DNA of 63,688 nucleotides, filler included, from Collodictyon triciliatum (taxonomy: Eukaryota), in the NCBI GenBank assembly GCA_043381765.1. It is 9 parts of 9 records of this genome, joined end to end, with 100 filler letters (N's around TTAATTAATTAA, not from the genome) between each part and the next. Parts side by side here need not be neighbours in the genome. Positions count along the whole stretch, not along the records: positions 1 to 6,988 come from JBHJMP010004123.1; positions 7,089 to 14,074 come from JBHJMP010004124.1; 7 more parts are not named here. The stretch is one strand, 5' to 3'. The notes beneath the pieces are model-generated. The model made no database searches. It was not told the origin of the DNA and was given only the letters and a program-made list of their open reading frames with translations. Below, one piece after another: positions 1 to 13,796 of the stretch. The first letter of the stretch is position 1. The number at the start of each line of letters is the position of its first letter. The translations under genes were made by a program, and so were the position numbers.

Positions 1-40
1 GTATTGGGTATTACTGAATGGACTTGTGGTTAATATGGTT

Positions 41-54
41 ATAATAATAATAAT

Positions 55-129
<75 letters not shown>
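41..129. repeat. (AAT)n microsatellite; others at 7122-7214, 51540-51664, 61654-61747, 63637-63688
   Basis: Read directly. Confidence 0.95.
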
Positions 130-301
130 CGATTTCGTAAATAATGAAATATGGGTAACGAATCGACTGTACATACATTTTTCTTTTCCCAAGCAATAGT
201 CTGTCCTCTATTAGGATTGGGTGCCCTTTATATAGGTTTGGGTAATTCTTCAGTTAATTTTAATTATAGGTAACGAGTAACTTGTATAAATGTAAAAACC
301 T

Positions 302-2057
302 TATTGATGATTCTGCTGCTGCTCCATGTGACGTAATTTGTCTCATTTGTTTCTTAGCTTTTTGGGATAACTTGCTGATATGTGCTTGAAGCTGAATTGT
401 TGCATAAATATTTGTTTATAATTGTATTGAGAAAAGAAAACTAGGTTCAAAGTACGCATAAATTTTCCATTTTATTCGGCTCAAATCAAGGTGAAAAAGA
501 GTATGTGAATGTTAAAATGAATGCAATTGTTTTTACATAGTGTGATTTGAGTGCAATATCTGTCTCAAAAACGACATATTTTCGTGCGACACAGTCGGGT
601 TCTCTGCACGGAAAATGACATTCCTTCCAATGTGACTCCTGATAAAATTTTGAGTTGAGCGAAGAATAAAAAAAAATAATTAAAAATTGTAATTCAGATG
701 TGGCAGATTATTTGTTATCATACTTGGATCTTTTCTTTTCTTTTCTTTTCTTTTCTTTTCTTTTCTTTTCTTTTCTTTTTGTTTTACCATATCGTCGTAG
801 TCTCTATAATACTGGAATTTGAAACCATTCACTTCACAAATAGAGCATGTAAAATGAAACTGAGACATATGTGTGTAGAGCTCCTCCTTACTAAACGTGT
901 GTTTTGAGCAAAAGTGGCATTCAGGATGACCATGTTGAACAATCATCGACTAAATTATTGATTCCCGAATTCAAAATCAGTGATGGAAACAAAATTACTA
1001 CGATCAAATAATTTCAGTATTTAAGAAAGAATCAAGGTCAAACGGGGTAAGTGGTTTGACTTTATATGAGCAAATACAGTTTCGACTGCAATAAAAAAAA
1101 AAATTACGTCAGTTTGGTCACTGTGCTCAGATGCAGATTCTTCAGGAAGAGCATCTCCAGAAGCTATGTGATACTTCAGATTGTCCTTATTATAGATTCT
1201 CAACTCGACTGCAAAGAACTTTGAACTTTCCTCGCATACATCACTTAACATAGAAATGGAACACCGAATCGTACAAATACAGTTATGCAAAATTGAGTCA
1301 CACAGAAGATATAAAATTAAAAGGAATTAAAAGAAACACTGAAGTATAATAAATCAAGTTCACGAATAAAAGAACAGTTATCGATAAAGGATAACTCACC
1401 ATGTATGGAGGCTGTGCTTTTCTCCGAGATGAGTTTTCCATGTGTCGACCTTTTCGAATGGTTCATCATCAGCACAAATAGGACAGTATAACAACCTGTA
1501 TTGTCGTACTAGTTGGTCGTATCGCTCTGGTACAGAAAAGTACAAGTCCCTGCAAGAAAGTTGTACATACGATTAAAAAAAAATCCATGATAAAATTGAA
1601 AAAGCATGTATTAAAATGTTCATCGTGTGTATATCTACCACGATGAATCATATATCAGCGTGGGCAATTCAAATTCCTCAAATGTTTGCTCTAGATCATC
1701 AGTTACTATCACCTGAGGTAGAAATTGCTGGAGACGAGTGAAATTTAAGTGAAAATGATTATTATAATAGTACGCAAGAAAGTTTGCAAATATAATCAAT
1801 AAATGATGATACAATTATGAAACGGTTTATATTCAAAATAAGCTGCTATTTCCGTGATTTGTTAATAACGGACATCTTTAAATGATAAAATAAACCGATT
1901 GAAATTTCAAATTTACCTTACAAAGGGGGCAGTTCTGGTCATGATAAAGAGCCCTCATTCTAATGATACAATGGTCACATGCAACACGGTGTCTACAGTC
2001 CCCAATTGCAAAGTATTCCAGTTGTCGGCAGCATATTAAACATGTAAAGTCTTCCAT
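302..2057 (-). CDS. ZNF598: ZNF598/Hel2-like RING and C2H2 zinc-finger E3 ligase (ribosome quality control); multi-exon, both ends unresolved
   Basis: GT-AG exons translate to MEDFTCLICCRQLEYFAIGDCRHRVACDHCIIRMRALYHDQNCPLCK (Hel2-type RING), CPICADDEPFEKVDTWKTHLGEKHSLHTC, GHPECHFCSKHTFSKEELYTHMSQFHFTCSIC...QYYRDYDDM and ESHWKECHFPCREPDCVARKYVVFETDIALKSHY. An acceptor just before the ATG suggests upstream exons. Confidence 0.85.
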
Positions 2058-2529
2058 TTCTGGTATTTGGTCAAAAATTGTAAAGAAAACATTTGAAGTA
2101 CAAGATGATTAAGTAATTGAGAAGGTTATTCAAAATTAGAAAAAATGAGGTAATATAAGTTATGCTCAGTCTAATGTGTTTGAGCGGAGCATTATCTACA
2201 ATCATTACTTGAAGCGAACAATTAAAGTGAATGTTCGATTATTGATAGGATTATATTGTATGCTTTGGCTTAGGAACATCTGTCAAATGTACGACAGACA
2301 TACTCTGTACAATGCACTAGATGCACATATCTCATTAAACTCGCCCACTAATAAAATGTAAGCTCTTCAAATCTTAGCATTTCATATTCTCTCAATCTCG
2401 TTTGAAATAATAAAAGTCTGGTCATTACTATATAAGAAAGTAGACAATTGCTATTATCAAACAAATAAAGATAGTGTTTTCACCATTGATGAGGAAAAAT
2501 CGTTCTTTCAGCATAATCATCTTCGCAAT

Positions 2530-3294
2530 TAAAGTAATTGGGGAAATCCACCAATTCTCAGACCACGAATACTATTCATGGATAGCGAATCAATTGCAGA
2601 TATGATATTATCTTTTTCTTCAGCCTTTCCCAACTATTTTTAAATAATCGAAATTGGAGAAGTAGACACATTTTAATCAGCATGTGATACTTTTAACGAA
2701 TTATTGTCCATCATCATATCATGATGAAAATATGGCACTTTATTCAACTTGACATATAACATAATTTTAACTCCTCTTATCAGTTTCACAAGACTTTTTT
2801 TTTCCGACAATTGTTAGAGAATGAAGCGAATCAAAGTCGATATAGATCGATTATTGTCAGCCTTTGTGATAAATAACTCATATGAATCAATGAACGACCA
2901 TGCCCATCGAAACGAAGTTTCTCGGATACGGCAAAATAGTTCATACGAATTCAGTGAGGTACAACTCAGTAGCTTGTTGATAGCAACGAAAGAAACTGAA
3001 CTGTCCCACCCAAAGGCTTCTCATTTCTATTCGATAGTAATCTTTTTCTTGGGTATGAAGGGAACATTCAACTTGTGGGCAAGTCACAACATCGGAAGAG
3101 TTTCAACCTTGTTCACAAATGTTTATAATGAAACCATAAAACAAGCGTCAAAAGTTAAAAATCAGGCGTGAATGAGGGAATAATACCCAAAGGTGCTGGC
3201 GGTAGGTGGGAATACAAACCTTCTTCTGTTGCCTTGCGCCTTGGAAGTTCCTCTATAAAGGTATCCCTTTGCCTGGGCGAACGAACCAATCATT

Positions 3295-3388
<94 letters not shown>

Positions 3389-3460
3389 GCATCGGTTCCT
3401 TTGGCTTGTACTGCATATTGCTATAAGTATGCTTTCTTCTCCAAGACTCCTCGTCGATCA
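2530..3460 (-). CDS. Possible spliced exons of an unknown gene, or upstream exons of the ZNF598-like gene
   Basis: Phase-compatible pieces MIDEESWRRKHTYSNMQ | QRDTFIEELPRRKATEE | VECSLHTQEKDYYRIEMRSLW and LGKAEEKDNIISAIDSLSMNSIR; no recognisable domain. Confidence 0.3.
3295..3387. repeat. (GAAA)n microsatellite; other intronic SSRs at 731-780 (TTTTC), 31978-32084 (AAAC), 35895-35990 (TTTG), 38860-39012 (TTCTG/TTTTG), 40905-41033 (TTTCG)
   Basis: Read directly; these repeats generate most of the low-complexity spurious ORFs. Confidence 0.95.
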
Positions 3461-4049
3461 TGGAAATTGTGTCAACGCGCACAGACAAAATGCGCTGTCT
3501 TCTTGCACCAAAGATCTTTGAGGATGAAAGCCACTTCTTTTTTTTTTTTTTCAATGTTCCATGATTCAAGAAATAAGGAAAACACGCAACTTCAAGCCAC
3601 CAAAGCAACAGCCCCCAAATACGAGTCGACCACATAAGCAAACAAAGTCCGTGTCGCTCTCATATCATTACAAGCGGAACAGAACAGATTCAGATTCACG
3701 AAGGGGAAAAAAAAAAGTGTATTGATTCCGACTCGAACCATCGACCCAAGCGCTTCGGCATCCATTTACTATCGGCTATGCTACAGGCACCCACATAAAG
3801 CCAGCGGTTGCCAACGGGTTGCTCATAGATTCAATTCCAAACGCGTTTCAAACGCATTATGCATCCAATCAACACAAATCAGAGACCCGCTTCTTCGCAT
3901 CAATCTGCTCGGGTGTGGTCTGTTGCTGCAGCCTTTAGCTTCGCGTTGCCTTCGTCTGCGATTCTCACGGAGGCCCAGTGGCCAAGTGAGCACGATTCTT
4001 TACTAATCTCAAGAAACCCAAAGACGCTTGTTTTTTCGAGTCCGAGGCA

Positions 4050-6250
4050 ATGGATCGCAAACTCTCGTTGCAAAAGAAGCTGGAGCTGAAAGGACTCAAG
4101 AAGAAGCGCCAGGCCGAGGAGGATCCTTTGGCCAGTGACGAGGATCAGGCCGAAGCAGCACAAGAAGAGCCTCTGGGGTTGTCGATAGTGCAAGGCAAGA
4201 AGGGGGCTGAGAACGACCAGGCAAAGAAGAGAAAGCAAGAGGAAGTCCAAGAGGAAACCTCTGAATCCGACGAAGAAGAGGACGAGGAGGACGATGAGGA
4301 CGAAGATCAGCGCGAGGAGGATGCAGAGGAATACGAAGAGGATGGCGAAGAGGGTGGCCACGACGACCTGTTGCATCGAAGCGAGTATGCCTCAGTTCCT
4401 CGAGACAGCAAACAAAAGGTTTGCCCTTCTTTACACTAGACTTATTTTTATTTCACCTTGGTTTTCTTTGGATATTTTTGATTCTCTTTGTGTAATACAT
4501 TATTTTTTTTTTGTTCTCTATTTTCTTATTATCGTCAAATCCGTACTATACACTTAATTAAAATGATAATACGTTACGAGTGCTATTTTATTTATGAGTT
4601 TTTTTTTTATTCCTTTTTTTAACAGTCTATTCAAATATGTTATGCAAGTTCATTCTCTTATGAGTTTGGTGCTGTCCTAGGTTTTGGTTTTTAGTTCCCG
4701 CGGGATTATTTACCGTCATCGTCACCTAATGAATGATATCAAAGCGTTGCTGCCTCATTCAAAAAAGGAGGCCAAGTTTGACACAAAGAACCACCTCTAC
4801 ATGATCAATGAACTTTGCGAGATGCAATCATGCAATAATTGCATATTCTTTGAAACCAGAAAGCATGAGGATTTGTATTTGTGGATGTCAAAAAGCCCAC
4901 AAGGTCCCTCCGCAAAGTTTCATGTATCAAATGGTATGTTTCAGCTCTTATGTATCAGACATCATATGATGATGATGATGATGATGAACACTCTCCCATA
5001 ACATCCCTCTCTTGTTGTTTTTCATATAGCTTTGTAGCCAAGTGGTAGTAATAATTTCTAGATTTCAGTCATGCTTTCAGTATGAGAGCTGGATTGGCCA
5101 CCAAGAAAAAAAGAAATACATGTATCATAGCGTCCAGTTGAATGTTTCTCTTCTGTAATTCATTTTTCTGTTCTGCAGTCCATAGTATGAATGAGCTCAA
5201 GCTGACTGGAAATTGCCTGAAGGGTTCAAGACCTTTGCTCGCATTTGACCGCACTTTCGACACAGAACCTGTATACCAATTATTGAAGGAATTATTTATT
5301 CAGGTACAACTCTGCTATTCAATTGCCTACCTAGAATATATGGCGATGGAAGTGATTTAGAGCTATACGTTTTAGTGAAAAATGTATCGTTCTGATTACA
5401 ACGTCAACGCATCATGTTGTAGATTTTTTCGACACCCAAAGGCCATCCAAAGAGCAAACCATTCGTCGACCACACCTTGAGTTTCACGATTGCAGACAAT
5501 AAAATCTGGTTTCGCCACTACCAGGTTTTTACATGGCCCAGCTATACCCATGTTCGGGTGTTTCCATTAGTAAACTTTAATTACGGTTTCCGTATAAAAT
5601 AATTATTGATGGATTATCTGGACAATCAGATTCAGGAATGCTTGGAAGAGAAAGGAGGTGACCCGAATCTAGTCGAAATCGGACCTCGCTTTGTAATGAA
5701 TCTTGTCCGCGTTTTTCAGGGCAGCTTTGGAGGGGCAACGCTCTATGAGAATCCTCACTATGTGTCACCCAACAAGGTTTCACTGCTTTCATTATGCTTG
5801 ATTAGTATGGTTTCAGTTATTTATGTCAATAGCCGCCATATATAATGTCTCTGTTTTATCTTACCTTTCATGTAATTATTGGGTAACCCTGATTCGTTCA
5901 GATTCGCTCCAACAGAAAGAAGGAGTTACAAGAGCGCTTCAAATCGTTAGTTTCAAATCCATTCTATCCGATTATATCTTGCTTCTTGAAAGAAAAAATC
6001 ATTCGCTCAAGATGTTTTCTTTATGTAAATGTGTCGTTTATATCTTTGTTATCAGTTTTACAAACATCATTGAGGTATTATACCATTAATTCTCCGGGGG
6101 GAAATTTATGTTCAACTTCAACCTTTTGAATAATCTTATTATCCTCATACAATCCGTACCAGAAAAGTCAAAAAGTCCGTCGATCGTCAAGTTTTGCGAG
6201 AAGAGTACGAACTTTCAGAGGACGAACTCGAAGAAATGTTCAGAAAATAA
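4050..6250 (+). CDS. BRIX1: Ribosome biogenesis protein Brix1/Brx1, 7 exons, acidic N-terminal extension
   Basis: Exons approx. 4050-4418, 4681-4933, 5179-5303, 5423-5524, 5630-5776, 5902-5945, 6163-6250. Motifs KQKVLVFSSRGIIYRHRHLMND, GPSAKFHV, LKLTGNCLKGSRPLLAFD, HPKSKPFVDH, IWFRHYQ, LVEIGPRFVMN, GSFGGATLYENPHYVSPN. Confidence 0.95.
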
Positions 6251-7032
6251 ATCGAATCTTTATAATAGCGAAAACTTGGGGGATTGGAGGACAACAACAA
6301 AACAATTCACCATATTGATACTTGTATACTCTTCATATATATTCTCTCTCCTGTATCTTTCTTCCCTTTTCCTACCAGACAAGAACAGACAGCATGCCAT
6401 CTGTGCAAGTATTTTCGTCGATGCTGTTCGCCTTCTATCGCATTGCCCAGATTCCATCAGGATTTCAGTCCTGATTGGTTGCCAAACATCTGAAGCATAG
6501 AGCTCGCACTCCCCCGCGAGATATGGCGATTGACCAACGAAGAGGCGCATACATAAGAAAGGAAGGATGCATCACTATTTATTTTATTTTTTTTATTAAG
6601 ATGTGTGCGATAATGGCACCCAGCATATCAGAGTACTGGCAGTCTCGACTCTTGTGCGAGTCTATCGTGTGCCACGTTTGTGGGTGGGAAGCTGCACAGA
6701 AACCTGTCAAGAAACTGAGACTTCCGCGGCTGTATCGACATCCAAATATGACTGCGTTTGGTGGGGTTCCAAGTGCCATCGTGCGGTGGAGAGATAAGCC
6801 AAAGCTCGAAACAGTGGCAACAGCTCGCTTTAGAATAGAACCTCTTATCTCTGTTTTTGTTTTTGTTTTTTGTTTTTTTTGTTTTTTTGTTTTTTTGTTT
6901 TTTTGTTTTTTTGTTTTTTGTTTTTTGTTTTTTGTTTTTTGTTTTTTGTTTTTTGTTTTTTGTTTTTTGTTTTTTGTTTTTTGTTTTTNNNNNNNNNNNN
7001 NNNNNNNNNNNNNNNNNNNNNNNNNNNNNNNN

Positions 7033-7044
7033 TTAATTAATTAA
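7033..7044. other. Artificial assembly linker TTAATTAATTAA inside N runs; also at 14119, 21243, 28328, 35411, 42494, 49574, 56652
   Basis: Identical 12-mer giving stops in all six frames, each inside a 100-nt spacer, spaced about 7.08 kb apart. Confidence 0.98.
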
Positions 7045-7121
7045 NNNNNNNNNNNNNNNNNNNNNNNNNNNNNNNNNNNNNNNNNNNNGATTGAGAGCAA
7101 CTCACCGCCCAACAACCTGTC

Positions 7122-7218
<97 letters not shown>

Positions 7219-7339
7219 TAAAATATTTATATAAAATTTTAGAGATTGGTAAAACAGTTGCGAGCTTGTGGTCATTTTCATCTTCTTTGTTTTATACTGG
7301 ATTTATATTTTTATTAAAATACGATATGATTGGTTATTT

Positions 7340-10300
7340 ACCCCCGCGTATGTTGTCATTGAATCCCAAATGTGCTTTGTGATGGCATTGACCTCCTTGT
7401 AAAGTCCAGTCTTTGAATAGTCCAGTAACCCGTAATGTGTTGGACTATTTTTAGGCCTCTGGCTTGTCGTTTTCGTTCTATTTTGTAAAGAAACCCGCGG
7501 AGTACACAACCCTAGATGCATCACATCCTCTCCATCGGAGTTACTTGTAATATCCTCCCACTCACTATCATAATCGCTGGGAATCTCACAAAAAGCCCGC
7601 TCTTGGGTCTATCAAAGATGCATATTTTTTTTTAAAAAAAAATTACTAAAGAAAAAAATATGTTATGGTTTACAAAGGCATTAAGCCTTACATCAAAAAT
7701 AATTAAATATTCATATGCATTGCAAAATTTTCATTAAATTTAAGGAAAAGAAATTATTTTTTTTTAAAAAAAAGACATATTTACTTTGAAGTAAAACTTG
7801 GTGGTGGGCGTGGGTATCTTTTCTTCGATGTCACATATCTCATTGGAGCTGAGGGAAAAGATAGAATCGGAATCAGATGTAGAATCCCTTGACCCCCTAA
7901 GTTTTGTTGGTTTCAGTGTTTTTATAAAGAGAACAATAAGAAAAAAAATATGGCTTCTTGCTGACTGCCGTATAATAAATGAATAGGAGGAGAATTAACG
8001 CATCATCTGCACAAAATCATATTGAATGAATTGAAATGATGTTTATACCCCCTTTTCATGTGCAGAGCTTTTATTTTTGCATTTCCCATAATATTTTCCC
8101 TTCGCAAGTCTTCCCTAAAACACAGAATTAATAGGTTCTTTAGAGAGAGAAAAACAAAATAATAGCGTATTGATGTTGAGAGTCCAAAATGATAAAACAT
8201 CGACAATTTTATCATAATGTGGTCAATCCAAGAAAAAAGAAAACGGGTTTGTGTGATGCAGGTAATGGTATCGTAATTGTAATTTAGTTTTGATTATGTG
8301 TCTTTACTCTTTCACGGAGCGAATCCACTTGAGATACATATCATTTGGAACACTCAAAAACTGTAATGCTAGATTTGTGTCGTTGTGTTTCTGGATAAAT
8401 CTCCTATTTGGCTTACTATATGGCTCGTATAAATTGTCCCTGTAGATATCAGGATTATCTTCTATTCTACTTAAAAAATCCTGCATTATAAAATCATCTT
8501 CTGCGTCACTAGTCACATATTTTTTGTCGCTATCAGTGTCACTTATGTGAATCACATTCTCAACTACAGAAGTAAAATTAGGAGAGTTACTGGATTGTTC
8601 AGTATTTAATTTTTTTGCAGTATCCATATTGAAAGGGCTCCTTGTTACACTAGTGTTTGGTAAATTTCCGACTGCATCTAAAGCTGTAGGAATTTCGTTA
8701 TCTCCTTGGTTTGCTTGACTCTCATCTTTCCCAACGAAACTTTCAATTTGGTAGTTGATAAATTCACTTTCAGCAGGATTTGCATCATAGTGAGGTCTAC
8801 ACTCAACTTCTGGACCGCCTTTGCAGCTTTCTTTGCTCTGTTCCAGGGACTCAGTCTCTCTAAGTCCTCCCTGGATTGACGAACCCTTGATTACATTTAC
8901 GTGTTCTCCTTTATCATGTCTAGCTGGTGATGGTAAGGAAATATAGCATGCCGAAAGGCCTTGTGTTTCAACATTGACAACACTTTTCAAAAATTTTGGT
9001 ACATTGATTCTTTCGTCACTTTCGTTCGGAAAAATGTTGGATTCATAAATCCCTGCCATAATTCCTTGTCCTTTTGTGGTGTCAGTTTTTCTAACCAAAT
9101 TTTGTTCATATTCTTTATCGTGTACTTCTTGCTTTTTCTTTGACTCGGTTAAAGATGGCAAGATTGTCTTTTCATCCTGATGAATATCATTACTTACAGA
9201 TATCTTATCGTTATCAAGCTGAATATTGCTCGTGCGTAAATCTTCATAACAATGGTTAGAGCCAATTGTGTTTGAATTTAAGATGTTGCATCCCTCAAAT
9301 CCGATTCTTTCCCTTATATTCAATAATTCTGTGTTATATGAAGCGGGTTTCATCGGTTTGTTTTCATTTTGGTCGGTTTCGTATATTGTTTCCACTTCGT
9401 TGAAAAGCAAAGAGCCCCTGTCTTTTCTTTTGCTACTATTTCGACCTGAATCGTCGTCAAAGTCCACGTAGCTTTCTTCTGATTCTTCTGATTCTTCTGA
9501 TTCTTCTGATTCTTCTGATTCTTCTGATTCTTCTGATTCTTCTGATTCTTCTGATTCTTCTGATTCTTCTGATTCTTCGGCTTCGAATTCGAATTCGGAC
9601 TCTAGTTCTAACTTGACTTCTGCTTCTGCTTCTGCTTCTGCTTCTATTTCTACTTCGACCTCTGATTCTGATTCTGATTCTGATTTTAATTCCGCATTGG
9701 TTTCTTTAGCTTCTTGGACTTCTGCTTCTATTTCTACTTTTACGTCTACTTCTGATCCTGATCCTAATTCTATTTCTATGGCTTCTTTGAGTGCTGCTTC
9801 TGATTCAAATTCTGATTCTGATTGTACTTCCACTTCCACTTCCACTTCTATTTCTGATTCTGATTCTGATTCTGATTCTGATTCTAATTCTGGTTTTGAT
9901 TTTGATTTTGGTTTTGGTTTTGGTTTTGATCCATTTTTGTCTTTTTTATCACCTTCCTTGTCGTCTTCTCCATCGCCTTTGCTTTCGAGCGATAAGCTGT
10001 GCCTTTTCTCGTCTTGGTTATGATGATTTACTGGATAAATTAAAGCACTACAGAGAGACGTATCACGACTTGATGTTTTTTTTAGGTCTTTATTTGGCTC
10101 ATCCCCGATATTGTATAAATAAGCATCGTCCTCGACCTAGTATGAATACAATTAGGCTCGATGGCGCAATATCAATTATCATGTCATACATGGGTATGAG
10201 TCATTGTGCAAGCATGAGTGTTGATAGATTAATAGCATACATTGCTTTCTACTCTGAAAGGATTGTTTTTATTGATTTCCTGAAAATAACTATGCTCCTT

Positions 10301-10432
10301 CATTGCATGCGCTGCAATACCATTCATTCGACGAGTAATGTATTTTTTGGTTGCATCTTGTGTTGGTTGATCATTAGAGACGAGCCTGTCTCGTTTTCCT
10401 TTCCTTGTGCTCATGTAGATCTGATTTTTCAT
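7340..10432 (-). CDS. Unknown protein with a very long acidic low-complexity exon (ES/EV/EES repeats); 3' end unresolved
   Basis: Exon 1 10432-10241 (MKNQIYMSTRK...RVESN) splices in frame to an open exon from 10136 to about 8308 (contains ORF 8304-9845). Shorter exons follow near 8115-8050, 7897-7785 and 7608-7342. Confidence 0.7.
9475..9577 (-). repeat. Coding 9-mer tandem repeat (GAAGAATCA)n encoding (EES)n
   Basis: Perfect gattcttct units inside ORF 8304-9845. Confidence 0.9.
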
Positions 10433-11763
10433 TATTTTTTTTTTCAATTCACGACCTATTTGCACCAAAGCCCGGTCGAGAGGCAAGAGGCAGGCGGTGA
10501 AGCAAAAGGAAACAAAAGGAAACAAAAGGAAAAAAAGGAAAAAAAGGAAAAAAAGGAAAAAAAGGAAACAAAAAGGAAACAAAAAGAATAAGAAAAATTG
10601 GAGAAAGCAAAGATGGAAAAAAATGAAACAGAAAGCACGGTTGGATGTGGTCTGCTTGAGTCAGAAACGAAACAGCCTCACGGGGCAAGTCGCAGCACTT
10701 CACCTCGGCCACTTAAATGAGCCCACAAACTGGGCGAAACATCAAATCTGTTGCATTTCTCATTTGCAAATAAAAGAGATGTAAAGAAAGAATGGGAAGG
10801 AGGAGTGTGAAGCATACAGGAGAAGGAAGGACGCTTCTGTTCTGAACGTGGCTGAGGGTCGGTGTGCTTGTGTGCCAAAGCGTTCTTGGCCGTGGTTGGC
10901 TGGCTTGCAAGGGAAGAGAAAAACCACCGATGCACAAACCTATTTTCAAATCTGGAAAATAAATCAAATTTAATTATTTTAGTAGTAGATAGTTGTAATT
11001 TAGACATAATATATTATTCTATATGTACATAATATGAAATTGAATAAATGATTTTTGACAGAAGGTTGAATCCCACCTAATGGATAACGCGCTGCAGAAG
11101 CCACTTGCCTCGTTCGATACACACAATTAACACTCGTCAGCCTTTTCTGTTGTTTGTCATCATCACTGCACCGATTGATCAAAATAGTGCATTTCTATCT
11201 GGTAATTTGATTTATCCATACATCCACTGGAGCCCAATCCAACTGTGCGGTCACAGCCGCTTGCTCGCAATCTGACCTTGTAGAGGAAGTTGATTCCAAT
11301 CGACGAGAATACTGACACAAAAAAAAAAAAAAAAAGTCATACGAATTAGAATCCATAATTAAAAGATCAAAGCTTATTCAGATTTTTCAACTAGTGAATC
11401 TCTCTGACTTTTACTGATAGTAATTTAATAATGTATGTGTATTTGAAAAAATATATAATTCTCCTTATATTTCGCTAGACCATAAGAGAGCAACATGGAT
11501 ACACTTGAATATTAATAGTTGGGTAAGGGACTTCAAATATTGATAGTTGGCACGTATATAGATTTTTTGTGCTGAAAAATATCCCGAGTTTTATTCTTTT
11601 TAGATTCTCACCAATTTTGTGCTGTTATTTTTAAACCCAAGATGGGAAAAAAACTGCGACATGGACAAGAATTAACATGCCTTTATGTATAGCGTTAACA
11701 ATATCACGTAAGGATATGGGAGAAAATGAAGATAGATATGACACCAAATGATTATCCGGATAG

Positions 11764-13014
11764 TTACTTCAAAGAGCGAAAGCGTGATTTAGGATTTTGA
11801 TTGATGTAATCATTCCATTTTCTGTCAAAAACTGCAACGATATGCTCATATATTAGAATATCGAGGAGGTTTTGTTGGCGCACTTTTTCTTTTTGATGCG
11901 GATTCAATTCTTTCAGAAGTTTTGAACTATTTGTAACATGGTACTTTTTTGTGTGTTTTTTCATAAGTTTGAAGCACGTACCTTCCGGTATGTTGAACTC
12001 ATGGCATAGCAAAACTAAGGATTGTTCAAATTTTCCTTGTATCACAATCATTCCAAACTCTGAATCAATAATATTTTTTATCCTTTCTACAATTTGAAAA
12101 TGGTTTTCATCATAGTTATCACACGGAACAGGCCAGTGACTATGAATCTTATCTTGCAGGCTGAAATCATTCGGAGCGAGGCCAGAGAGAATGGCAAACT
12201 GAAGATTGCAGTCATAATTGACATGAACCCATTGGTGGAGAGTGTGTTTCTTCACAAATTTGTATACTCTTTTGGCCCACACATAATGGGACAGCCACCT
12301 CTCGATAGGATTCCGATAAATAGCGTAATAAGTGTAAACCGACGGCGTCGACACGATTCGATGAAGGCCATATGCGTAGTGACCAAATATCGCGCGAGAC
12401 GTAGCAAAGCGATTCGTTTTGAGAAATGGTCTATTTCCCTTCCAAAATGCGTTCAGAGTAACACCAAGAGAAATATTGTGATATTTGCATATGTCCTATC
12501 CATAAATGAACAGCTTGAGATTTATTAAGTAATTTAAGAAAGAAAGAGAAAAAGGAGCTGCACATCGAATTAAACAAAACAAAACAAAAAAAAACCACGA
12601 GTTATTTTAGCAACACATGAAAATAGGACTATCTTGTAATGAAAAAAAATAGTGGGCCACGAATCATTCTAATTTGATGCAAACCCTGAAAAACTCTCTC
12701 ATTGAAGCACCCCCAGTCTTTGGGATGTGAATGAACAAGTGGTAATGATGAGGAAACGAAAGCGGAATATCCAATCCATATTTTCGCATTCGAAGCGAGC
12801 TGCATGTACCATCAGGACAAAGGAGTTGGGGCAGGAGTTGTGACGTCCGAAAAGGTTCCGACACGTACGCATTTTCAGAATAGTTGGTTGTTTGTCTGCA
12901 GAAGCGTGTGGAATCCATGTTCACCAGAGAACCGGCAGCCATGAAAACCCGTTCCAAGACAAGCACTGGGATGACTATCCGCAGGATTGACTTTGACTTG
13001 TGGAGTTGTTTCAT
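11764..13014 (-). CDS. Golgi-type sulfotransferase (Sulfotransfer_2 / galactose-3-O-sulfotransferase-like), 2 exons
   Basis: Exon 1 13014-12685 has a hydrophobic N-terminal anchor and the 5'-PAPS motif LFIHIPKTGGAS. Exon 2 12495-11764 has IFGH and the 3'-PB motif YRNPIERWLSHY, and C-terminal NLLDILIYE. Confidence 0.85.
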
Positions 13015-13796
13015 TTTTCCTTCTGTGTCCTCCTTCTTTCAGTACGTTTCTTTCTATGCTGTAGTTGCCCTCTGGTTGCTTTCTGGTGTGCAGCTTTGGT
13101 GCTTGGCGTTGCGTTTGTTAGTATCCGTCAAAGTGAACCCGGGTGGAGAATGTGCGGCTGGGTGCCAAACCAAACCAAACCAAAAAAAAAAAAAGGATGG
13201 CCTTTTGCATGTATATTCACCGGAAAGTTAGTGGAAAGTTAAGCATGAAAGGTGTGTTGCTTGTGTCTGTTAGTGGTTGCTTCTAGCTTCTTTTGTTTAC
13301 TTATGACATCAATATCTACTTAATATTAAGTATATATCAGATATCATTTTTTTAATTTTACTCTTCTATTTTTTTCATCCCAAAGAAAAACAGTGTCGCT
13401 TTATTCGTAACCGATCTGCATTCCATCAAACTGGATCAATAGTCAGGGTGTTCGCAAAACTGTGCCGTTTTCGCTACTGCGAGGCTTAAAGCTAAAAAAA
13501 ACAACCTTTTTTTTAACATATATAATAAGAGTGTCAGTAATGTTGGTAATGTTGAACACTGGAGATATCCCAGAAAAAAAAAAGAAAAAAAGGGAAGGAG
13601 GGACAGAAAAGTGACGAAGAGAAAGGGAACTACATCAGCGAGGAACTTTTGTGCAACTATTGTAATGTAAGATAGGGTTTGGCATGTTATAGTCGTAACA
13701 GACAGTAAACGTATCATCAAAAGAAACGAGTATGAAATACTATGAATGGCTGTTTTTTAAGCTCAGGATGATGAGTGGAATAAACAATGCCAATCC

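Noticed and set aside
302-2057. Functional link between ZNF598 (poly(A)-stall sensor) and the non-stop LINE ORF2
   Set aside because: They lie on unrelated scaffolds; co-occurrence in the window is chance.
2960-3000. Histone H3-like QATELYLTEF on the minus strand
   Set aside because: No flanking histone-fold sequence in any frame.
3722-3792. tRNA-like sequence on the minus strand (GGTTCGAGTC B-box)
   Set aside because: T-stem and acceptor stem do not pair; no cloverleaf could be built.
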